Shown: positions 18,488 through 26,287, counted from the first letter of the stretch. The stretch is DNA of 34,433 bases from Bacteroidales bacterium (GCA_024762735.1 JANTGU010000001.1:1-34433), one strand, 5' to 3'. Numbers and translations are program-made. The notes: a model not told the origin generated them from the sequence alone.

Positions 18488-20269
18488 CTAATTTATAAAC
18501 CTGTTTGTTACCGAGCTCTCTTCCATTTCTTTAGAAAGAGATTGGATGGTGCTATATGGAATATCCAGCAAGTCCAGTATAATAAGTCCGTCAAGTGCCT
18601 TGTTAAAGCGGGGATCTACATTAAACTCAAGCAACTTAGCATTTTGTTTTAGGTATTTTTTTAACAATACCGGTACTTTAACGTGTCTGAGGTTTACATC
18701 CTCTATCAGGTTGTCAAGACGTTTAATGTTATCATCAAGACTTTTGAGTACCGTTTCCCGGTCAATATTTTTATAATCCGGCTTAAACGCTTTACGAGGC
18801 TTTACATATTGAGCAAAATTGGGGTGCATATAATTTTTTTGAAGGAAACCAATCATAATACTCTTGGAAAACCTTGAAAAACTGTTGCTGATGCTAACAG
18901 GGCCAATTAAATATCTGTAATCAGCATTTTTAAGTAAAACATATAAGATACCTTTCCATAAAAGAAACAATGATGCCGTTTTGCGCTGATACTCTTCTAC
19001 AATAAAGGAACGTCCCAATTCGATTGATTTTTCCAATACCCGGTTCAACTCTTTTCTAATTTTAAACAAACTGGATATATAAAATCCTTTTACACCAAAA
19101 AGTTCTATAATTTCTTTTCCTTTACCAATTCGGTAAGCTCCTGCAATTTTGTTGTTTTTGTTATCCCAAATGAACAAGTGCTCATAATAAAGATCATACT
19201 CATCTAAGTCAAAACTCCTGTTGGTGCCTTCGCCGACAGCCCGAAACGTTATTTCCCGCAACCTGCCAATTTCGTTTAAAATATTGGGTATTAAGGCTGC
19301 CGGGGAGCAGTAAACCTGATAATTACCACTTTCAAATAAAAGGTGTGTGGCCTCTATTAATTTTATTTCGTTTATTAAGGACTCCACAGGCTGGGGATCA
19401 ACTATCTTTTTTGCTTTTCCCTTTATTTTAATGCCACTGCTAAAAAAATTATTTACCGTAAAGGGGGTGCCGAGCGCATAGGTTCTTGCACGCAAGTACC
19501 TTCCATATTGAGCAATATTGGTAAACTCACTTTGCTGTTTTACTGAAATGGGAGAACCTATCCTGATAACGATGGTTTTATTTTTTTTATTAAGCATCTC
19601 CGAAGGCAGGCGGGCAGTACGAAGCATGGGGTTAATGGCACCCAACAAATGAAACAACAGGCTGTTGTGACCATGAAAATAGATAGGAATAACAGGCACC
19701 TTTGCTTTTTTAATTAGTTTGATGGCTGACGTTGCCCAGGGTTTATCGCTTACTTTGTTGTTATGATTAAAGGATGAAACTTCGCCTGCCGGGAAAATTC
19801 CCATGGGATGACCATCAGCAAGATGTGCCATGGCTTCGCGAATGCCTTTTAAATTTGGCCGCTTATCTTTATAATGTTCAAAAGGATTGACCCCAAATAA
19901 TTTATCTTCTATGGGCTTTATTTTTTGTAGCAAAAAGTTTCCCATCACCTTAAAATCAGGACGCAGGTCAGATAATATTTTAAGTAACAAGATGCCATCG
20001 ATACCCCCATAAGGATGATTTGATACGGTTATAAAAGCGCCTTTGGAAGGGATTTTAGCAAGTTCGGCCTCATCAAATTCAAACTTAATTTGTAAAACAT
20101 CCAACACGTTATTTAAAAATTCACCCTCGGGATTTTGGCTGGCTTTTGAGTAAAGTTTGTTGAATTTGTTTAGCTGTAAAGTACTCATTAAAAGTGTGGC
20201 AAGGCCTTCTGCCGGCATGCCGCTTAATGGGGTTAAGCCCGCTATCTCTTGTTTGTTAATCAAATTCAT
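18488..20269 (-). CDS. Bifunctional acyltransferase, OlsF-like aminolipid synthase (N-terminal PlsC-like O-acyltransferase plus C-terminal GNAT/OlsB-like N-acyltransferase)
   Basis: 593 aa. The N-terminal acyltransferase motif is VSNHPYGGIDG, followed by FPAGEVS. The C-terminal half resembles OlsB/GNAT N-acyltransferases. The two-domain order matches OlsF as described for Serratia and Flavobacterium. Confidence 0.6.
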   Translation of the reverse strand: MNLINKQEIAGLTPLSGMPAEGLATLLMSTLQLNKFNKLYSKASQNPEGEFLNNVLDVLQIKFEFDEAELAKIPSKGAFITVSNHPYGGIDGILLLKILSDLRPDFKVMGNFLLQKIKPIEDKLFGVNPFEHYKDKRPNLKGIREAMAHLADGHPMGIFPAGEVSSFNHNNKVSDKPWATSAIKLIKKAKVPVIPIYFHGHNSLLFHLLGAINPMLRTARLPSEMLNKKNKTIVIRIGSPISVKQQSEFTNIAQYGRYLRARTYALGTPFTVNNFFSSGIKIKGKAKKIVDPQPVESLINEIKLIEATHLLFESGNYQVYCSPAALIPNILNEIGRLREITFRAVGEGTNRSFDLDEYDLYYEHLFIWDNKNNKIAGAYRIGKGKEIIELFGVKGFYISSLFKIRKELNRVLEKSIELGRSFIVEEYQRKTASLFLLWKGILYVLLKNADYRYLIGPVSISNSFSRFSKSIMIGFLQKNYMHPNFAQYVKPRKAFKPDYKNIDRETVLKSLDDNIKRLDNLIEDVNLRHVKVPVLLKKYLKQNAKLLEFNVDPRFNKALDGLIILDLLDIPYSTIQSLSKEMEESSVTNRFIN

Positions 20270-20319
20270 ACATTTAAATAATAGGGTTCATGAAAAACCT
20301 ACCTCATAAAATAATTTTC

Positions 20320-21252
20320 TTATTTCAGTTTGTAGGCATAAAGTTTGGGGGATATTTCTTTTTGCTTTTCGCTATAAGTAAAATACTCTTTAGAAGAATT
20401 GCCCCAGCAGAGCGCCTCTCCTTTTGGCTCCTGAACATAAGGGAGCATGACAGGCTGCCGCGAAAACATGGTAACCAATGATTCTCTCCCGTTTCGTTTC
20501 CACCGATAAATATGCTGATAAGTTTTAACCAGTACATGCTTTCCATCCATGGTAATATCGGCAGCCGTTACCGGTTCTCCGTTAAAGTCAATTTTACCCA
20601 GAAACTCCAAAGTGTTTATTGCTTGATAACTATATGGAAAACCGAGGGTGTAAATTCTGCAACGACTATTAGATTTTGTAAGAACAACCATTTTTTTGGA
20701 TATTGGATCCACAAAAAAGGCATCGGCATCCTGAGACAAATCGGGATATTGTAAGCGTATGATACCCGTCGCTCTTATCTCTTCAAACCCTTTAGACGGC
20801 GTGAATGCCGGTTCATCAAAAGCAAACACGGTAACCGATTCTCGTTTGTTATAATTATCGCCAATATCGGCCAAAAAAAGTTGATTAAAAACGCCGCTGC
20901 TGTCAGGTCCAATGGCTATATCCTCGGCATCTCTAACTCTCCCGTGGATTATTTTATAGTTTGATATTTGCTGCCCATTTTTAGAATAGAGATACAGATA
21001 CGGGTTGTTGCCGTGATCCTGGTGAACCCAGAAACATTTTTTGTTTTTAATGCTTGACACTATTCCACTTACCTCCGGTAAATTTATACCCGGAGTTGTT
21101 GACGACACTGTTGCTTCAATAACCGGAAAGCGAGTAAAAACATCAAGATTAACAATGGAAGCACGCATCTCCCCGGGTTGATCGGCATGATAGCCGCACC
21201 CTGAAAACATAACAGATAAAAAACTCAATATTATAAAGAAAAAGGATTTCAT
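20320..21252 (-). CDS. Hypothetical lipoprotein, possibly a beta-propeller (SdiA-regulated/phytase-like) fold
   Basis: About 310 aa from the ATG at 21252 (the track start at 21258 is TTG). The lipobox is FSGC. Motifs LPEVSGI, DAEDIAIGP and LFLADIGDN are suggestive only. Confidence 0.45.
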   Translation of the reverse strand: MKSFFFIILSFLSVMFSGCGYHADQPGEMRASIVNLDVFTRFPVIEATVSSTTPGINLPEVSGIVSSIKNKKCFWVHQDHGNNPYLYLYSKNGQQISNYKIIHGRVRDAEDIAIGPDSSGVFNQLFLADIGDNYNKRESVTVFAFDEPAFTPSKGFEEIRATGIIRLQYPDLSQDADAFFVDPISKKMVVLTKSNSRCRIYTLGFPYSYQAINTLEFLGKIDFNGEPVTAADITMDGKHVLVKTYQHIYRWKRNGRESLVTMFSRQPVMLPYVQEPKGEALCWGNSSKEYFTYSEKQKEISPKLYAYKLK

Positions 21253-21530
21253 TACCAATGTTTTAACTTAGAAAACAGTACAATCTCCCTTGTTGAAAAA
21301 GGGTTATTATACTATGAAATTAACACGGCAATGTTATGGCATTAGTATTAGCTGAGTATTAATCGAATATTACTATTTGGTAAATATTTAACTGGTTGAC
21401 CCCCGTTATCCTTCCTGTTTTCCAGGGTTAAATTCAGCTTGGATTCGCATGCTGTGCGAATTCACCTGTCGCAGATGAATTCCTAAAAAGTTTGGCCATA
21501 CTTTTTATTGAAAAGAGGATGCCCTAATCG

Positions 21531-21569
21531 CAAAAAAGGCTGCCACTCCCCAAAAAGGAGCGCAGCCTC
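21531..21569 (-). terminator. Rho-independent terminator of the LamG gene
   Basis: The minus-strand RNA reads AGGCUGCGCUCC-UUUUUGG-GGAGUGGCAGCCU followed by a U-run. That gives about 12 bp with one bulge. Confidence 0.65.
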
Positions 21570-21638
21570 GAAACCAAATTCCTACCTTTGGTTATGTCGT
21601 TAATTTCCATTGGACGAACCTGAAACTGTCAGGGTTTT
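21531..21638 (-). repeat. Repeat R1, copy a: last 13 codons of the LamG gene, spacer and terminator
   Basis: It aligns with 28103-28212. The core 21557-21638 matches 28131-28212 at 78 of 82 positions by my hand alignment. Confidence 0.85.
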
Positions 21639-22553
21639 GCCATTGTTAATGGTAAATGTTTTTCCGCTTTCGGTAGTAATCTCGATAACCTCTTTATCCT
21701 CATCCAGCGTGATGTTGGAGTTGATTTTTACCCTCGACCAGCTTTTGGAAGGGCTTCCCTGCCCGTCTAACCAGTTGGCAGCTTCCGACCAGTTGCCATC
21801 GCTGCCGCTTTCGAAAGGTACAGGAGCGGTGGAGTTAACCCAATCATCATCTGTCATATTAGTCAGTGTGCCTTGATTTCCGGAAATAAGATCACTCGCC
21901 GTTGTTCCGCTCCCATCATTAAATTGCCAATAACTTATCAGGCCGGTTTCGCTGCCGGAAAGGGTACGGCACATATTCTCTCGGATTTGTGTTGAATCAA
22001 GGGCTACATTCCAGATGCGGACTTCATCCATTAATCCACTAAAAAAATACCCACCGTTTGTACCCGAAGCGATAACTTTATCATCTGTATTATCCACGAA
22101 AATATAATCAGCATCGGAAATCAGGGTTTGTTCTTCTCCGTTTACATAGATTTTATGCGTTCCGCTACCGGTTCCACTTCTGGTATAAACAATATGGTTC
22201 CATTGGTTGGGAACAATAGCATTATCATTTGTTTGAGCAATCCAGGTATTTACACCTGTAACGACGACACGGTTTGTTCCTCCGCTTCCGGGACCAACTT
22301 CCAATTGGAAACTACCCGAGCGGTTGTTTTTTCTTGTGGAATAAATTCCCTGCCTTGTAGAAAGATCGGTTGGTTTTATCCACGCTTCTACGGTTAATAC
22401 GTTTCCCGTATTTAACGAAGCATCATTTCCGATATTCACATAATCATCCGTTCCGTCAAAATCCAGAGCGTCACCGGAAAAGTTGTCCTGTGCACTTAGC
22501 AAGGTATACAGTATGACAAAAGTAAGTATTAAAATCAGTTTTATTCTTTTCAT
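21600..22553 (-). CDS. Secreted LamG (concanavalin A-like lectin) domain protein
   Basis: 317 aa with a signal peptide. Laminin_G_3-type motifs include ALDFDGTDDYVNIG, TVEAWIKP, WNHIVYT, IYVNG and GLMDEVRIWNVAL. The C-terminus ends abruptly after GKTLTVSGSSNGN, and there is no T9SS sorting domain. Confidence 0.8.
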   Translation of the reverse strand: MKRIKLILILTFVILYTLLSAQDNFSGDALDFDGTDDYVNIGNDASLNTGNVLTVEAWIKPTDLSTRQGIYSTRKNNRSGSFQLEVGPGSGGTNRVVVTGVNTWIAQTNDNAIVPNQWNHIVYTRSGTGSGTHKIYVNGEEQTLISDADYIFVDNTDDKVIASGTNGGYFFSGLMDEVRIWNVALDSTQIRENMCRTLSGSETGLISYWQFNDGSGTTASDLISGNQGTLTNMTDDDWVNSTAPVPFESGSDGNWSEAANWLDGQGSPSKSWSRVKINSNITLDEDKEVIEITTESGKTFTINNGKTLTVSGSSNGN

Positions 22554-22593
22554 AGCTTATCCATTTTATAGGTTTATCATTATTTCCCAATGT

Positions 22594-22899
22594 TCATTGA
22601 GACATAGTATCTGTTGTATCGATCATTGAATTTTCAAAGATTTTAAATGATGTATAAAGCCGGGGCTTTGATGGGAATATTTTGATGGAATTAATTACTG
22701 CTCCATCCGGGCCGATGCGGCAGTATTTAAGAAATTCTTCAAGATTGGTTTCTTCCCCTTCGGCTTCGATGAATATGGAATCGTCACCGGTATATTTTGC
22801 AAAGCCATTAATATGATATATTCCTGAAAACTGTTTAATATAAAACAGGAAGCCTGTTTTTTGAACTTTGCCCAATATTGTTATTTGCAAATTTTTCAT
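22594..22899 (-). CDS. Acylphosphatase-like fold mini-protein with a degenerate active site
   Basis: 101 aa. ILGKVQKTGFLFY...INGFAKYTGDDSIFIEAEGEE..LEEFLKYCRIGPDGAVINSI...FKIF follows the acylphosphatase pattern V.G.VQGV.FR...G.V.N..DGSV...EG. The phosphate-loop Arg and the catalytic Asn positions are replaced. Confidence 0.55.
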   Translation of the reverse strand: MKNLQITILGKVQKTGFLFYIKQFSGIYHINGFAKYTGDDSIFIEAEGEETNLEEFLKYCRIGPDGAVINSIKIFPSKPRLYTSFKIFENSMIDTTDTMSQ

Positions 22900-22925
22900 T
22901 CAAGTCAAATGTATGAACCGGGATA
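22846..22925 (-). repeat. Repeat R2, copy a: promoter plus first ~17 codons of the acylphosphatase-like gene
   Basis: It aligns with 26187-26266, roughly four-fifths identical by hand alignment. The shared part includes the -7 box and the ATG. Confidence 0.8.
22906..22913 (-). promoter_or_regulatory. Candidate -7 promoter box (TAcaTTTG) of the acylphosphatase-like/LamG pair
   Basis: Forward caaatgta is TACATTTG on the minus strand and ends 6 nt before the ATG at 22899. It is conserved in repeat copy R2b. Confidence 0.45.
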
Positions 22926-23084
22926 GGCGATCATTATTTTCTCCTCCAGGTCCGTCAATAAATACTTTTGAATAGTCGGTTCGGTTTTGCCCAATTATAC
23001 TCACTGAAAAAACAAAACTCTGGATTACGATAAACAGTAATTTTTTTTTATGATGTTTTAATTTTATGGCATTTTCAAAATATC

Positions 23085-24617
23085 CTATTCATTAATCGAC
23101 ACCTCCTTGGTAAGAACGGTTCCGTTTTTATTAATCAACCTGACAAAATATATCCCCGTTTTTACACCGGGACACAATACCACACGTGTCGTTTTGCTGA
23201 TTTTTGTTTGATAAGCCAGTTGACCTGTGATGTTATATATTCTCACCTCTCCCGATACCGGAGTGTTGTCTTTGGACTGAATATACACAAGGTTTCCGTG
23301 GGAATACAGCAGTGTTTTTTCATTGGCCTCCTGATCGTTTATTCCCATGTTGGGATTAAAGATTAAAATAAACCGTTTGCTGTCGCCGCTGGTCGCGGAA
23401 AATGTATAACTTCCGCCTTGAGTCAGGTTTGTTTGTGAACCGTTGTGAAGGTCTTTCAGGACAGCCTGTTTGTCTTCAAACACACCTGTTTGCTGTTGCA
23501 GGCTGACGCTGTAAGCCCCGTCAGAAGGGATACGGACACCGAGCTGGACGGCTTTTGCAGGATCCGAATCCGGATAGCTGTTGACCGCCACTTTTACACT
23601 GTCGGAAGTATAAGACCATATTTGGGGAACCGCAGCGTCAAAGCTCATCATCTTCAGAGCATCGTTTCTGTCCCTGGTGCATTGGGCGTTGTTTATTCCC
23701 CGAAGGACGGTTTCATCGTAATATTCATCAGAGCTCAGGCGCAAAATAATGGCCTCTTCACGGGTGGAAGTACTTTTTAGCAAAGTAGCGATGTTGTGAA
23801 CCTGCATGGCATGGGTAAAAGTAAAGTTGCCTGCATTTGACACGTCCACGAAGAAGGCCTGCCCCGGTGCGAGATAAGCCCCGGAGGCACCCCCGTCTAT
23901 TTCATCATATCCTGGCCCACCCGCTCTGTATGGGTTATACACGTAGGCAAAGTTGTCGGCAAAAGCAGAACGGTCTGCCAGGTTCCAGTCAATGGCCGAC
24001 GTGTAAGGATTTCCAATCAGGTTCCAGCCTGCCCAGTCCGCACCTGCAGTATAAGACAGTGCAGGGGCTGTTACATCCCCCGAATTGAACGTCCCGTTAA
24101 ATTCAAACATGGTTTTTCCATAGTCGTAAGCATAAGCTATCAGGTATCCTTTGCCGGGTGTAAACGTGGTTTCAAAACTGCTGTTCACAGTATTGCCCGA
24201 AGCCCGGATGTTGATCCAACAATTGTACTGTGACTGATCGAAACTATAAAAATCAAAGTTTGTAGGCAGCATTCCTCCGGAAGGTGACGGGACAAAGTCG
24301 GAGCCTACAATAATTTCGTCTGCAGCGGACGAGGCAATCATGTGCCAGCTGTTATCGTTGGCTATGTGCTGTTGGCGTATGAAGGCACCGCTGCCGTTGA
24401 CTGAGCCGTCAATAATTAAAGAGCCTTCGCTTATGGCATTGGCACCTATAATAAAGGTTCCGCTGTTGTTCAGGTTGCCTGAAAGAGTGAAGGTACAACC
24501 CGGCCCAAGGGCAAATGAAGTCCAGCTACCCATAGAAAAGCATCCGCTTTGTGCATCGACTGTTGCTGTGCACAACAGCAACAGGATTGTTATGATGTTA
24601 TGATATCTTTTTTTCAT
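23085..24617 (-). CDS. T9SS cargo protein of unknown function (type A C-terminal sorting domain)
   Basis: 510 aa with a signal peptide. It has a conserved GWNLIGNPYTSAIDW-type module and a C-terminal sorting domain (VRIYNITGQLAYQ...GIYFVRLINKNGTVLTKEVSI). Its ATG overlaps the stop of the upstream gene by 1 nt (TAATG). Confidence 0.7.
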   Translation of the reverse strand: MKKRYHNIITILLLLCTATVDAQSGCFSMGSWTSFALGPGCTFTLSGNLNNSGTFIIGANAISEGSLIIDGSVNGSGAFIRQQHIANDNSWHMIASSAADEIIVGSDFVPSPSGGMLPTNFDFYSFDQSQYNCWINIRASGNTVNSSFETTFTPGKGYLIAYAYDYGKTMFEFNGTFNSGDVTAPALSYTAGADWAGWNLIGNPYTSAIDWNLADRSAFADNFAYVYNPYRAGGPGYDEIDGGASGAYLAPGQAFFVDVSNAGNFTFTHAMQVHNIATLLKSTSTREEAIILRLSSDEYYDETVLRGINNAQCTRDRNDALKMMSFDAAVPQIWSYTSDSVKVAVNSYPDSDPAKAVQLGVRIPSDGAYSVSLQQQTGVFEDKQAVLKDLHNGSQTNLTQGGSYTFSATSGDSKRFILIFNPNMGINDQEANEKTLLYSHGNLVYIQSKDNTPVSGEVRIYNITGQLAYQTKISKTTRVVLCPGVKTGIYFVRLINKNGTVLTKEVSINE

Positions 24618-26017
24618 TAGTTTTTTACCATTCCGGATACAATTGTTTTCAATTCTTCAACACTTTTACTCAGCCCGGTAAGTTCACTTTTCATCTTTGC
24701 ATTTTCTTTTTTCAATTCAGCATTTTGTTTACTGAGTTGATGAGTTCTCTTAATAAGCGCTTGTATTGCAATTAAGTTCACACCCATTAAATCCGCCTGG
24801 TTGATGGTAGTGTCGTTTCCGGAAACCCCGTATTTATCATGTCCGAAAGCCGAAAAGAATTCCTGCGCCATAGGCCCGTAATGGCGGAATTTTGTGCTGT
24901 CCTGTCCTTTGTAGCTCCAAGTTCTCAAATTAAACTTATCTATTTTTTTTAGTACGCTCTCGCCGTTTATCGAAAGGAAAGCATATTTTTTTAAAGAATC
25001 TGATATAGTACTCCAACTGTTACCGCCTTCATTTAATGCTACCCCGGTTGTGCATCCTGAATTAGAATAAAATTTATATCCCCCGCTAAAACGCATGATT
25101 ATCTGATTCTCTGTAGTGCAGTTTTTCACAGTTGTTGTTGAGTGATCCCCAATGATAAATGCACCGGCATATCCGCCTACAGAAACATAACTTCCTAATG
25201 CTGTGGACCAATATCCGTTGGCAGTTGTATGATCTCCAATTGCTGTGGAAACATATCCACTGGCGGTTGTATTTAATCCTATTGCTGTGCTACAATCTTC
25301 ACTGGCGATTGTAAGTTGTCCCATGGCAGTAGAAGAAGATCCGCTGGCAGTCGTCTCGTCTCCCATCGCGGTGGATTTATTTCCGCTGGCAGTTGTTTTG
25401 TATCCCCATGCGGTAGAGCTAATTCCGATCGCAGTTGTTTGGTCTCCCATTGCGGAAGAATAATCTCCGCCGGCAGTTGTTTCGTTTCCCATCGCAGTAG
25501 AATAATCTCCGTTGGCAAATGTGCCGTATCCCAATGCGGTGGACCAACTTCCGTTGGCGGTTGTACTGCCTCCCAACGCAGTAGAATTAATTCCGCTGGC
25601 ATTTGTACTTGAGCCTATCGCGGTGGCACCACTTCCGCTGGCAGTTGTGTTACCTCCCAGCGCAACTGATTCATATCCACTAGCGAGTGTATTGGCTCCC
25701 ATGGCAACAGAGGCATTTCCTGTATTGTTCGCATCCCATTTGTCCCCTGTGACCGTTCCTGCTCTGAATGCTGCTTTTGCAGGGTACCACATTAAACGGG
25801 TTCCTGTGCCTGTGGTTGGGATCGTTCCGGTCGAGAGAGCTTCGCCAATATAAAAACCGGCATCGCCGTTTAATCTCATTAATACTACATTGACGCTGTT
25901 TTCTACTTTAAAACTGGCTGAACTATCTGCCGCCGGCAATGTTAAAATGGTGGACTGCGCAAATAAGCAGGTGGGAATTATTAGTATTGCTGCAATTACT
26001 AAAATTAGTTTTTTCAT
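24617..26017 (-). CDS. Tail-fiber domain protein: YadA-head-like 14-aa repeats plus a Peptidase_S74 intramolecular chaperone domain
   Basis: 466 aa with a signal peptide. It carries 13 tandem units of the S-T-A-x-G-x-x-T-x-A-x-G type (aa ~101-283). The C-terminal ISDSLKK...LRTWSYK...HYGPMAQEF...LIAIQAL resembles the endosialidase/tail-fiber auto-cleaving chaperone. A coiled-coil tail follows. Confidence 0.75.
   Translation of the reverse strand: MKKLILVIAAILIIPTCLFAQSTILTLPAADSSASFKVENSVNVVLMRLNGDAGFYIGEALSTGTIPTTGTGTRLMWYPAKAAFRAGTVTGDKWDANNTGNASVAMGANTLASGYESVALGGNTTASGSGATAIGSSTNASGINSTALGGSTTANGSWSTALGYGTFANGDYSTAMGNETTAGGDYSSAMGDQTTAIGISSTAWGYKTTASGNKSTAMGDETTASGSSSTAMGQLTIASEDCSTAIGLNTTASGYVSTAIGDHTTANGYWSTALGSYVSVGGYAGAFIIGDHSTTTVKNCTTENQIIMRFSGGYKFYSNSGCTTGVALNEGGNSWSTISDSLKKYAFLSINGESVLKKIDKFNLRTWSYKGQDSTKFRHYGPMAQEFFSAFGHDKYGVSGNDTTINQADLMGVNLIAIQALIKRTHQLSKQNAELKKENAKMKSELTGLSKSVEELKTIVSGMVKN
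25169..25717 (-). repeat. Imperfect 42-nt periodic coding repeat (13 units) inside the tail-fiber-like gene
   Basis: A repeating 14-aa unit is visible in the translation. The repeat also produces long stop-free alternative frames on both strands, seen in the ORF track at 25245-25853. Confidence 0.8.
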
Positions 26018-26138
26018 TTTTTCTGTTTTTATTTGTTATACTATTTAACTTTCTCAAGCTCTTTTTACCCTGCCTGCAATAAGGTGCTGTATTTTAATAA
26101 TTTTATACACTTTTTATTATCAGACCTTCGCTTTTACT

Positions 26139-26240
26139 TTACAATTTCTGTGTCGATTTCAAAGAATTGATTGTTATGCGCCTTGTCAGGAAGCCTGTTT
26201 TTCTAACTTTGCCCGATATTACTATTTGTAAATTTTTCAT
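26139..26240 (-). pseudogene. Internally deleted remnant of an acylphosphatase-like gene
   Basis: The ATG at 26240 opens a 33-codon frame, MKNLQIVISGKVRKTGFL..., matching MKNLQITILGKVQKTGFL of the 22594-22899 gene. The 3' part (tctttgaaa-tcgacacaga) matches the 3' end of the intact gene out of frame. The middle of the gene is missing. Confidence 0.65.
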
Positions 26241-26266
26241 TCAGGACAAATGTATATCCCGGAATC
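26187..26266 (-). repeat. Repeat R2, copy b
   Basis: See 22846-22925. Confidence 0.8.
26247..26254 (-). promoter_or_regulatory. Candidate -7 promoter box (TAcaTTTG), probably now driving the tail-fiber/T9SS operon
   Basis: The box and its spacing to the ATG are the same as at 22906-22913. I found no other TAnnTTTG between here and the tail-fiber ATG at 26017. Confidence 0.45.
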
Positions 26267-26287
26267 AGCCAAAACAAATTATAGTGG

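Noticed and set aside
25245-25853. Four overlapping ORFs (both strands) inside the tail-fiber-like gene, and the possibility that the periodic repeat is a CRISPR array
   Set aside because: The 42-nt periodicity is in frame with a 14-aa protein repeat, and the units are contiguous without unique spacers. The extra ORFs are stop-free alternative frames created by the repeat.
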